DNA of 14,236 nt from Bdellovibrionales bacterium. Its GTDB lineage: Bacteria; Bdellovibrionota; Bdellovibrionia; Bdellovibrionales; JAMPXM01. The position numbers were made by a program, and so were the translations under genes. Below, piece by piece: positions 7,834 to 14,236 of the stretch (the stretch's first letter is position 1; the number at the start of each line of letters is the position of its first letter). Under the pieces are notes generated by a model. It ran no database searches. It was given only the letters and a program-made list of their open reading frames with translations, and was not told the origin of the DNA. The stretch covers positions 1-14,236 of the forward strand of contig JAYUEN010000272.1 in assembly GCA_043739185.1 (NCBI GenBank), written 5' to 3'.

Positions 7834-9557
7834 TAAAGTCTCTCTTTTCGACTCTTCATTTCTAAATGAACAGGTTCAAGCCACCTTAAGATCCTCATAT
7901 AAAAATCTAAAAAATCTTCGCGTTGCGGATTAAACTTCAAGAATTCCGCTATTTCTTCGAGCCTAATTTTATTCGACTGGAGCGCGATATACAATCTCTC
8001 TCCCATCATGCTGCCCAAGATTCGAGCGGCAAACAAATAACTAGTCTTTCGCCGGGGGCGAAATCCTTGTTTTCGTTTTTTCATTCGATGCAAAACAAAA
8101 ACCTCACTCATTCGATGATCGAGTGCCAATTTCAAAATCTCTTGCTCGTTACCTTGAGCATTTTCACGAAGCTTTTGGCTTAAATCTAAAAGGCTATGCG
8201 AATAGCGTTTGTGATTGATTAGCTTACTTATAAAAAAACTCATTGCCTCACACCAAATTTGTCTTTCAAAGTCTTTGGGCATATTCCAAAAAAATCTTTT
8301 TCGCTTAGATAATTTGGCGTGAAGATATTGTCCTGCCAGATCCGCAACGTGATTGACACTAGGCCTTGCTAAATAACAGACCCCATTCTGCGGAAAACAA
8401 ATACTTCGACCGTCTTCAATGAGCTCTTCAATGATTTTGAATTCTTTTTTTGAAACCAATTTACTTATCGCTCGCCAAATTTTTTCATCATATGAGGAAT
8501 AGACCGCCAGATCGTTGGTCGCCATTTTCAAATTGAAATCAGACCCAATGAGCTCAACCAAGGCTCGAACTTCATCGGTGGGATCAAATTCAGGCTCCTC
8601 GTCCTGTAGCATTTGATCCGTACTTCTCTCTAGGTACATCAGGTAACTTTGCCATTGGACCCAGGGTGGCGAGCCCATGACACAAAATTCATTTTTACTT
8701 AAGCGTACAATTTCAATTTTATTCTCTAATCCCTTTTCAGCGAGTTTAAAATAAATCGACTCTGGGTTTAAGAGGATACTTAAACTTGCAATTTTCAATT
8801 TCGCTTTCTCGGCACTTATTTTAAATTCCGTAGGTAAATGCTTCCGCGCAATATGTAAATCGCCAAACAAAACATAAAGTTTCTGTTCAGGACGATTTGA
8901 AATCTCGCGAACCAAGAGCTTTGCTGCCAACTTATCTCTTGAAACTAAATTCTTTGATTTGTCGTAAAAATGATCGCTTAAGCCAATGATACGGTAATTT
9001 CGACTGCGTGCGAGTTCAAAAATCGGTCGGTAGTTTTCCCAAGGAAAGCCCCAGGTTTCATTCCATTTCATTTTTTTAAGGAAGACTTCTTCTGAAATTT
9101 CAGATCTGAGATAGCTTTCAACAATCTTATTTTGTTTTGGACTGGTTGATTCAAGCGCGATGGTCAAATGTTCATCAGCTCTGAACCTTCTTAAGATTTT
9201 AAGATGCATTCTCTGCGCTTGTGAAAAAGCATGAAAATCTCCCCCGAAAATGACTTGGGCCGACTTGATCTGACTCATGAGCTCGGTAATATCACTTAGC
9301 TGAAACTTTCTCTTTAAGCTGCGCTCGTATTCTCTTCGATATTTGACGAGCTCTATCGGCTCACGATCAAGATGAGCCGCAACCCGCCTTTTGATTTGTT
9401 GCAATATTTTCTTTCGTGTCTTCAGCCAATTTTGAGTCTTTAAATTTGATATTTTAGCTGAACTTTTTTTTGAAAACTTACGAGCTTTGCCATTCAATTT
9501 GAGAAATGAAGTCGTTTTGAATTGCACAGATCCCACCACTTTTGTTGTTGATTTCAT
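7833..9557 (-). CDS. ChaN/EreA/TIKI-superfamily domain protein with a long C-terminal extension
   Basis: Motifs IFGGDFH, IALE, WGFPWENYRPIFELAR, RDKLAA, VLFGDLH match the ChaN (cofactor/haem-binding) pattern. Frame is open from TTG 9608; ATG 9557 chosen because 9608 leaves only 14 bp to the divergent gene, so the start is uncertain. TAATG overlap with the GYF_2 gene. Confidence 0.8.
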   Translation of the reverse strand: MKSTTKVVGSVQFKTTSFLKLNGKARKFSKKSSAKISNLKTQNWLKTRKKILQQIKRRVAAHLDREPIELVKYRREYERSLKRKFQLSDITELMSQIKSAQVIFGGDFHAFSQAQRMHLKILRRFRADEHLTIALESTSPKQNKIVESYLRSEISEEVFLKKMKWNETWGFPWENYRPIFELARSRNYRIIGLSDHFYDKSKNLVSRDKLAAKLLVREISNRPEQKLYVLFGDLHIARKHLPTEFKISAEKAKLKIASLSILLNPESIYFKLAEKGLENKIEIVRLSKNEFCVMGSPPWVQWQSYLMYLERSTDQMLQDEEPEFDPTDEVRALVELIGSDFNLKMATNDLAVYSSYDEKIWRAISKLVSKKEFKIIEELIEDGRSICFPQNGVCYLARPSVNHVADLAGQYLHAKLSKRKRFFWNMPKDFERQIWCEAMSFFISKLINHKRYSHSLLDLSQKLRENAQGNEQEILKLALDHRMSEVFVLHRMKKRKQGFRPRRKTSYLFAARILGSMMGERLYIALQSNKIRLEEIAEFLKFNPQREDFLDFYMRILRWLEPVHLEMKSRKERL

Positions 9558-9622
9558 TGCAAAAGCTCGCTCTAATTTGGATGGACTCCACTTTACTTTA
9601 ACAAACAACCAGAGAAAGTTCT

Positions 9623-10813
9623 ATGAACACTCGAAACTCTCGACTTGGTTTAATAATTAGTATCACGACTTTAATCCTGGCTATTGGGGCTCACGCTTAC
9701 CTCTCCCATATTCACTACAATTTAAAATTCAGTGCTGCTGACCAGAGTAGTATTTGCAATGTGAATGCTACTTTTAATTGTGCGGCCACAAGTGCCAGTC
9801 AATACTCTGAGTTTTTCAAAACTGGACTGCCAATGGCGGTCTTAGGAGCCGTCGCAAATTTCTTAATGCTCATATTTCTTTCTTACTTCTCGTTTTTCAT
9901 GAGCACTGAGTCTTGCCTGATTTTTTATCCGAGCTTATTTATTTATTCGGCAGGGGTCGCACTCGTTTCAATTCTGATGGCTTTCTTCTCTTCTTTTTAT
10001 TTACATACCTACTGCCTGGTTTGCATGTTCACCTATCTCTTGTCTTTTTTGAATTTATGGGGAGTTGTTCTCTTAAAGCCAGTTGGTCAACTCAATTTTA
10101 AGATCAAGATGCTTATCCCTCTTGTGGCATGCGGATTACTCACACTCCTGGGCGCTTCGATCGTCAATGACACTGTAAAAAAAGAACATAATTTCGAAGA
10201 TATACAAAACTTTGTGAATTCAAAAGTTCAAGATTGGTTACAGCAAAGTCCGGTTAATATTGAGGCCAAAGCTTCAATTTCAATGGGCTCCACTGCTGAA
10301 AACGCTAAAATGACGATTATCGAATTCGCAGACTATCTCTGCCCGCATTGCAAGCATGCCTCGCCTGTTATGCATGCTTTTGTTAATTCGCATCCAGAGG
10401 CGCGACTTATCTTCGCCGCTTGGCCATTAGATGGAACTTGCAATACGAGCATTCCTCATGGCGATGGAACTCGCTGCGCTCTTGCGCGAGCCGTATATTG
10501 TGCTGATAAAGATCATAAGGGCTGGCAAGCTCATGACTGGATCTTTGAACACCAAAATGATTTCACTACACTTGAGGCACTAGATCAAGATCTTAAGAAA
10601 ATGGCAGAGGCAGAAAAAATTGATTTCAATTCCTTAAAGGCCTGCATCGATACCAGTGAAGCAAAAGCTGCGATCGAAGCCGGAGCAAAAGTTGGCTCAG
10701 ATCTAAAGATTGAAGGCACCCCTTCAATCTATGTAAACGGAAAGAAGTTAGAAGGCGGCCAGCTCCTACCGGTTCTACAAAGAGCCTATGAAAGTATTAA
10801 ATCAGGCAGTTAA
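9623..10813 (+). CDS. VKOR-family membrane domain fused to a DsbA/thioredoxin-fold domain (disulfide bond formation)
   Basis: 396 aa; VKOR loop cysteines (SICNVNATFNCAATSASQYS) and CLVC active site among about five TM helices; then EFADYLCPHC and the cis-Pro motif GTPSIYVNG. Confidence 0.93.
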   Translation: MNTRNSRLGLIISITTLILAIGAHAYLSHIHYNLKFSAADQSSICNVNATFNCAATSASQYSEFFKTGLPMAVLGAVANFLMLIFLSYFSFFMSTESCLIFYPSLFIYSAGVALVSILMAFFSSFYLHTYCLVCMFTYLLSFLNLWGVVLLKPVGQLNFKIKMLIPLVACGLLTLLGASIVNDTVKKEHNFEDIQNFVNSKVQDWLQQSPVNIEAKASISMGSTAENAKMTIIEFADYLCPHCKHASPVMHAFVNSHPEARLIFAAWPLDGTCNTSIPHGDGTRCALARAVYCADKDHKGWQAHDWIFEHQNDFTTLEALDQDLKKMAEAEKIDFNSLKACIDTSEAKAAIEAGAKVGSDLKIEGTPSIYVNGKKLEGGQLLPVLQRAYESIKSGS

Positions 10814-10827
10814 GAGCTCACTTAAGC

Positions 10828-11370
10828 TTACATCCCTAAGTAGCCGAAAATGATTGCGGTAATCTTCTCAAGAGCATCGTCAATTACCACGCCAGCGGTA
10901 CCCAAAGTACCTCGGTAAACCTCTAAGATAAGTCCTAAAATGACAATGGCCGAAGTTGAGTGCACAAAGGCCTGCAATACCCAGATTGTTGAGCGCCTAT
11001 CTACAAGTCTCACTTCAAGTTCGGCCTTTTCAACTCTGCGAAGCGTGGCCTTTAAGTCTTCGAAGTGATCATAGGCGCGGGTAAAGAGTTCTTCTTGTTT
11101 ATTCATTGGCAAGTTGGCAATGCCGGGAAAGGACCTTTTTGCTTTTATGCCGTTTACTAAATCAACCGCGTAATCGAGGTATCTTTCTGCATGCACAATG
11201 AAATCAGGAAATTGCGGGTGGATGGTTTTATATTCCTTTAGCAAATCAATGGCGTTTTGATAGTGCTCACCACTTACTTTTTGAAGAATATTTCTTCTGA
11301 GTGAATCGGGCCGACCTAAATCATCTAAATTGAGCGCAAACTTTTTTCGACCTTTGTTTGAATCAGACAT
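10828..11370 (-). CDS. Hypothetical protein with C-terminal membrane segment(s)
   Basis: 180 aa; helical soluble N-terminal region, hydrophobic C-terminus (IWVLQAFVHSTSAIVILGLILEV; ITAIIFGYLGM); fills the gap between neighbouring genes. Confidence 0.8.
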   Translation of the reverse strand: MSDSNKGRKKFALNLDDLGRPDSLRRNILQKVSGEHYQNAIDLLKEYKTIHPQFPDFIVHAERYLDYAVDLVNGIKAKRSFPGIANLPMNKQEELFTRAYDHFEDLKATLRRVEKAELEVRLVDRRSTIWVLQAFVHSTSAIVILGLILEVYRGTLGTAGVVIDDALEKITAIIFGYLGM

Positions 11371-11376
11371 GCATCT

Positions 11377-11403
11377 CTATCGGCAAACCAGACTAAAGAC
11401 TAA
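11377..11403 (-). promoter_or_regulatory. Putative sigma28 (FliA) promoter
   Basis: Minus strand reads TTAG-N15-GCCGATAG, ending 6 nt before ATG 11370. Confidence 0.6.
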
Positions 11404-11430
11404 AAGGAGTCGAAATTTTGACAAGACCCC

Positions 11431-11445
11431 TATCAATTTGAGACA
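11431..11445. promoter_or_regulatory. Shared 15-mer TATCAATTTGAGACA, copy 2 (putative regulator site)
   Basis: Identical to 4887-4901. Confidence 0.55.
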
Positions 11446-11545
11446 CTTAAAGTGTGAGTGCAAGGCGCATTGCCAAGGCATTGATTCAAAACTGTAAAAG
11501 TTTTGATTGTACGACATACTCAGTAACTTCTTTTGCGGAGGAATA

Positions 11546-12709
11546 ATGCAAGAAGTAATGATCCCTCTTCCGACCGAAATGCCAAGCCCACCAAACCTTG
11601 ATGAAGTTCCTCACTATATCAAAATATCAAAAACCGTAGAAAGTCTCATCGGGCAAAACGAAGACTTGATGGCAAGACTCAAAGTCAATATTCGACAAAA
11701 CACACTTCTTGAATCTCAACTCCAAGATGAAATTCGCATTTCTCGAGAAATGAAAACGCTGAATTCAAAAATGCAATCTCAGTTCGAAATCCTTTTAGAA
11801 AAAGAGGACTTGCTAAAAAGCAAACTTGAAATTCAAGATCTTGAGCTTGAAAAAGTTCGCGAAACATTGAGCCAGTCTAATACAACTTTGCACCAGGTTG
11901 GTATTTTGAAGTCTTATCAAAGAAGAGTCCGTCTCTGGGTACGGGCCTTTATTTCGAGGTTGAATTATCAGATCAAAATGCTCAAGCAAAAGAATTTAGA
12001 GTTAGAAAACGATGCAATCGAGCAGCAAAAGAAGGCAAGTGATTTCAAAGCGAAAATGAATGAAGCTTTGCATGCTTTGCAAATCAAAGAACGGGAAAAT
12101 CAAAAAGATAAGATTCAATTGATCGAAGACTTTGAAAACCGCAGTTTTCAACTTAGCCAAGACAATGAAAATTACTTAATTGAAATTAAAAACTTAAAGC
12201 AAAAGCTTCAAAATTTTAATGAGCTACAAAAACAGCTGAGTCAATATCAAGGTCAAGCTGAGCATTTCGAGAAAAAATATCAAGATTTAAAATCTCAAAG
12301 TGAAATCTCAAACTCTGAACTCAATCAAAGCCTACTTAAGTTTATGACCCAAGCTGAACGAACTCAGCTTGAAAATGAAACTTTGATTTCAAAATCAGCT
12401 GATCTTGAAAAACAAAATCGCATCTTGAATGCTAAAAATCACGAAGCCATGAGTCGCCATGAAGCCATGAATGTTCTCTGGTCTGAAACTCAGCTTCAGA
12501 GAGCCCAGCTCAAACTCAAGAACGAAGCCATTGTAAAGCTGAATCAAGACTTGAGTCTCAAACTAAAAGAGCAGCGCAAAGCCATGACCGGCGCCGAAAT
12601 TCTGACCAAGAAAGAGCGCGACGCTCAACTTCAAACTATTAAGGAACTTGAGAAACTCATGGCAGATCTTGAAGCCTCAGTCCTCGACCAGGCAAGTATT
12701 GAGCAGTAA
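11546..12709 (+). CDS. Cytoplasmic coiled-coil protein with a proline-rich N-terminal head
   Basis: Frame open from TTG 11507, but GGAGG (11537-11541) precedes the in-frame ATG 11546 (387 aa). Head MIPLPTEMPSPPNLDEVP, then proline-free L/Q/E/K-rich coiled coil. Confidence 0.85.
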   Translation: MQEVMIPLPTEMPSPPNLDEVPHYIKISKTVESLIGQNEDLMARLKVNIRQNTLLESQLQDEIRISREMKTLNSKMQSQFEILLEKEDLLKSKLEIQDLELEKVRETLSQSNTTLHQVGILKSYQRRVRLWVRAFISRLNYQIKMLKQKNLELENDAIEQQKKASDFKAKMNEALHALQIKERENQKDKIQLIEDFENRSFQLSQDNENYLIEIKNLKQKLQNFNELQKQLSQYQGQAEHFEKKYQDLKSQSEISNSELNQSLLKFMTQAERTQLENETLISKSADLEKQNRILNAKNHEAMSRHEAMNVLWSETQLQRAQLKLKNEAIVKLNQDLSLKLKEQRKAMTGAEILTKKERDAQLQTIKELEKLMADLEASVLDQASIEQ

Positions 12710-12768
12710 GCCTGGTTGCGGCGTTATAAATAATTTTTTATTTTTATCTTGCTATTTTGCGATTGTCA

Positions 12769-12914
12769 TACCAAAGCCCAGCCTTCAAAGTATTGGACTT
12801 GTAAACTCATAGGCTTAATCGTTAGACTTAAAGAGTCACATCTGCACGCTTCGATGTGACCTTAACTCTACGATTGGATTTTAGATGTCCAAAAATTTAA
12901 TTCTTGGTTTGGTA
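12769..12914. repeat. Long imperfect inverted repeat (fold-back) centred on 12843-12852
   Basis: Manual alignment gives about 52 Watson-Crick pairs over the 62-nt right arm: GTCACATC/GATGTGAC, TTAA/TTAA, TAGA/TCTA, AATCG/CGATT, TTGGAC/GTCCAA, TACCAAA/TTTGGTA. Weaker outer pairing extends it to 12751-12934. Confidence 0.8.
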
Positions 12915-13019
12915 GCTCTAGTTTCAATCTTAGCCCTTTACTCAGGCTGCGTAATGAAAGAGAAATTTTCTTTCTTAGCTCCGAGCAATTCGGATACAAA
13001 AACTTCTGCGATTCAGTAG
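12885..13019 (+). CDS. Small 44-aa lipoprotein-like or single-TM peptide (not in the ORF track)
   Basis: MSKNLILGLVALVSILALYSGCVMKEKFSFLAPSNSDTKTSAIQ*: basic N-region, 15-residue hydrophobic core, lipobox-like YSG-C22. Weak RBS (GGA 12876-12878). Stop is 3 bp from the convergent rhomboid stop. Confidence 0.65.
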   Translation: MSKNLILGLVALVSILALYSGCVMKEKFSFLAPSNSDTKTSAIQ

Positions 13020-13022
13020 TTT

Positions 13023-13586
13023 TTATTTTATTAAAAATCCTATGATCGCCCCAAAAACAAATCCCCCTAAGTGAGCACTCAAATCAACTTCAGGCATTAG
13101 GCTAATGAAAAAATTGATCATAAGCGGAGCCAACAGTGCTTTCATGCTTAGAACTTGCCCATTCATTGACATAACTTTTTTTCTGAATACAAGAGCTGAG
13201 AACGCACCGAAGAGTCCAAAAATAGCGCCACTTGCGCCGATGCCGACCACTGGCTCTTGATGGTAAAGCACACTTACAAGAGAGGCCATAATTCCGGTTA
13301 TAAAATAAATCAGAATCGTGGCGCGCACACCGGCCAGCGTCTCCATCATGCGGCCGAGGGACCATAGAGAATACATATTCGCACCGATATGAATCAGGCT
13401 CGCATGCAGGAACATACAAGTGAGTAGTCTCCACCACTGACCATCTAAAACTAAGGGTCTAAAGTTGGCGCCAAACTCGATTAAATTTATTCCGGTAATC
13501 CCACCGTGCGACCACACAAAATAATAAACTAAAAAATTGAGAATAATGATCGTTCTTGTAAACCAAAATACTTTAAAGCGAGACAT
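13023..13586 (-). CDS. Rhomboid family intramembrane serine protease
   Basis: 187 aa; QWWRLLT, FLHASLIHIGANM, catalytic GASG and AHLGG motifs; about six TM helices. Confidence 0.96.
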   Translation of the reverse strand: MSRFKVFWFTRTIIILNFLVYYFVWSHGGITGINLIEFGANFRPLVLDGQWWRLLTCMFLHASLIHIGANMYSLWSLGRMMETLAGVRATILIYFITGIMASLVSVLYHQEPVVGIGASGAIFGLFGAFSALVFRKKVMSMNGQVLSMKALLAPLMINFFISLMPEVDLSAHLGGFVFGAIIGFLIK

Positions 13587-13787
13587 AGGTTCAATTTTGG
13601 CAGCTTTTAAACTAAGAGTCTTTAGTAAAAGCTCACTTTGTTTGGATCTGCTTTTTAATTTACTGCTTTGTTTTTAGTCATTTTCATTATCTGCGGAGCC
13701 GGCGCCTATAGAATTCTTATGTATCTCAAGTAAATTTCAAAATTTTAATAAGATTTTTGGCAAATCTTGAATTTGAATATGGACATC

Positions 13788-13815
13788 TTGTCCTTAACTC
13801 GTTAAATCTTAAGAT
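13788..13815 (+). promoter_or_regulatory. Possible sigma70 promoter for tRNA-Leu
   Basis: TTGTCC-N16-TAAGAT ending 14 nt before the tRNA; the -35 overlaps the palindrome GGACA-TCT-TGTCC (13781-13793). Confidence 0.35.
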
Positions 13816-13829
13816 CTTTCTCGCATTGT

Positions 13830-13918
13830 GCCCCGGTGGCGAAATTGGTAGACGCACAGGACTTAAAATCCTGGGCTTCGGTTAAACGGGCGTGCCAGTT
13901 CAAGTCTGGCCCGGGGCA
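13830..13918 (+). tRNA. tRNA-Leu (anticodon TAA), CCA not encoded
   Basis: Acceptor stem GCCCCGG/CCGGGGC, D-arm with TTGGTA, anticodon stem CAGGA/TCCTG with loop CTTAAAA (TAA 13864-13866), long variable arm, T-arm GCCAG-TTCAAGT-CTGGC, discriminator A13918 followed directly by a T-run. Confidence 0.97.
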
Positions 13919-13994
13919 TTTTTTTCTTTCTTTTCAATCGCTTACAGATCTCAAAATTCTAACGCTAACTTCATTTAAGTATTTTTTCTGCCCC

Positions 13995-14015
13995 TTTTGT
14001 GGGGATTTTGTGGGA
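13995..14015. repeat. Tandem direct repeat TTTTGTGGG(G)A x2 downstream of the tRNA
   Basis: TTTTGTGGGGA (13995-14005) immediately followed by TTTTGTGGGA (14006-14015). Confidence 0.6.
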
Positions 14016-14236
14016 CAGGAAAAATTTAATAAGGTTTTTAGACGATTTTGAGTGCGCGAAGGCAAAGTTTGGCGCTTATTTCCGTATGAGTCCGGTCATG
14101 AAAGTTCGGTTTGCGAAACCAGCTTCCGACAAAAAAACAGTGATTTTAATAACTCAAGTGCTAAATGAAAAACTGTTTTCATAAGCGATTCAGAGGGTTG
14201 CTGGCAGATTTTTTCTCATCGAATTTTTTGAAATTT

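Noticed and set aside
11459..11476. Possible minus-strand sigma54 promoter TTGGCAATGCGCCTTGCA
   Set aside because: GG-to-GC spacing is 11 nt; sigma54 requires 10.
12817..12875. Integron attC interpretation of the hairpin (GTTAGAC at 12821-27 fits GTTRRRY)
   Set aside because: attC needs RYYYAAC at the left end pairing with GTTRRRY at the right end; the order here is reversed and there is no integrase or cassette array.
12751..12934. Retron msr-msd or SRP RNA interpretation of the fold-back
   Set aside because: No reverse transcriptase gene in the window, and no SRP GGAA-tetraloop domain IV motif.
6190..13437. Short ORFs nested in the GYF_2, ChaN, VKOR-DsbA, coiled-coil and rhomboid genes
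   Set aside because: Fully nested in long coherent CDSs with no independent motif support.
13836..14051. 71-aa ORF starting MAKLVDAQDLKS
   Set aside because: It is a translation of the tRNA-Leu gene, a common annotation artefact.
13999..14184. 61-aa + strand ORF
   Set aside because: GTG start inside the tandem repeat, no RBS and no recognisable protein features.
1..14236. CRISPR array, transposase, integrase or known defence genes
   Set aside because: No regularly spaced repeats and no translated ORF with the corresponding catalytic motifs.

Overview
A gene-dense, AT-rich (about 39% GC by eye) bacterial chromosomal segment whose gene set resembles predatory Bdellovibrionota (inference). 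In order: pyruvate kinase (K+-independent signature), a long coiled-coil protein with 11-residue periodicity, a FecR-like exported protein coupled to a membrane-anchored TPR protein, HU, a tandem GYF_2 bitopic membrane protein coupled to a ChaN-family protein, a VKOR-DsbA fusion, a small membrane protein, a second coiled-coil protein, a rhomboid protease and tRNA-Leu(TAA). No transposase, integrase, CRISPR array or recognisable defence gene is present. The most interesting signals are intergenic. (1) A 44-codon lipoprotein-like ORF (12885-13019), absent from the ORF track, has its RBS and start codon inside a 146-184 nt fold-back. (2) An orphan + strand terminator upstream of the HU promoter suggests a small RNA. 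(3) Two sigma28-like promoters sit almost on their start codons and share an identical upstream 15-mer. (4) An IHF-like site and tandem repeats directly after the tRNA resemble an integrative-element junction. All functional interpretations are hypotheses; no searches or folding programs were run.
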